Below, piece after piece: positions 19,170-20,000 of a stretch of 20,000 nucleotides of DNA. The notes under the pieces are model-generated. The model saw only the letters and a program-made list of their open reading frames with translations. It ran no database searches and was not told the origin of the DNA. The translations under genes were made by a program, and so were the position numbers. Source of the stretch: Vezdaea acicularis (taxonomy: Eukaryota); NCBI GenBank assembly GCA_026025075.1, contig JAPEUI010000090.1, positions 46,473 to 66,472 of the forward strand. Direction: 5' to 3'. Position 1 is the first letter of the stretch. Every line of letters begins with the position of its first letter.

Positions 19170-20000
19170 GGTTGTGGGTGGTTGGTGGACTGGAGGGTCG
19201 TTCGGGAAGGGTTGTTTTGAGAGGTGTGTGCGAGTGCGTGAGTGTCGTTGTTCGGTTGTTGATTACATGGCTTCGCAGGCCGCTGAGAAGTGGTGAAGGA
19301 AGGTTTGATAGTGTGGGTGGGCCTACGCGAGGCAGGTACCAGAATCGTCTGCACCAATGTTGAACGTACTGTATCACGGGATAAGGGGCAACCCTGCGGA
19401 AGCGGAAAAGACAAACAGCACAACACGCAGCAACCACGTGAGGAGACACTTCAAGAGGACATCACTGCTGCAAACAGCTTTAATTATCATCTTCATTCAC
19501 TACTTTCCTCCCCCACCTCCTCCCCAGAAGCTACATTCACCGCTGGTAAAAAACAGCTAGCGGAACAGGATACACAAGCAAAAACCGCCCCGCCCGGCCA
19601 AAAGCACCATACCCATGCATTCCAGTTTCCCGTCCTGAAGGTCAAGACATCTATATGCAAACCTTTCGCAAGGCCAAACAAAGAACCTCACAGATCCGAG
19701 GCGAGCCTGGCTTCGAAAAAGTAAGTCGGCCAGTTAATCAAATCACTCAAAAAGAGAAAAGTACGCCACCAAGTCGCTGCTCCCAGAACGAAGATGCAAG
19801 TTATTCCGTCCGGACATTTCTACGCACACAAAGAAGATTCCAGAGAAGAAAAAACAAAAAGTCCGCACGGATGTATGTACGTCCTCCCAAAGAATTAAGT
19901 TGCGCCGCGGCAATGCTCTCTATATTGATGGACCTGCCGCATATTGGTGTGCGGCGATCCAGTTGGCGTGTGTACAAAGGAAAGGCTATGCGGAGTAGCA

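Noticed and set aside
19323..19369. Possible 47-nt 5' UTR intron of the orphan gene (GTACGT..CGTAG, minus strand)
   Set aside because: No CTRAY branch site.
19800..20000. Possible 3' end of a further minus-strand gene, and an 8-bp hairpin at 19936..19955
   Set aside because: Two frames are open at the window edge with no recognisable motif, and a hairpin this short is expected by chance.

Overview
Gene-dense window from a filamentous ascomycete (Pezizomycotina-type) genome, with short GT-AG introns and CTRAY-type branch points. It holds the 3' part of a C2-domain Mug190-like gene (+), sphingosine-1-phosphate lyase DPL1 (+, 3 introns), mitochondrial ribosomal uL30m/MRPL33 (-) head-to-head with exocyst SEC6 (+), a TMEM115/DUF1751 rhomboid-like membrane protein (+, 1 intron), pre-rRNA processing factor RRP12 (+, 3 introns, RGG tail), a convergent LisH/WD40 SIF2/TBL1-like gene (-, 4 introns including a 17-nt microexon) and an unrecognised 306-aa ORF (-). 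I saw no transposon, canonical tRNA/rRNA or CRISPR. It is mostly ordinary housekeeping sequence. The best leads are a tRNA-headed, possibly structured Pol III-like element between TMEM115 and RRP12; an internal CAG|GT site in SIF2 intron 1; and a repeated C-rich-then-G-rich skew pattern that is extreme in the orphan ORF. All gene models were built by hand and homology calls are from recognition, not database searches.
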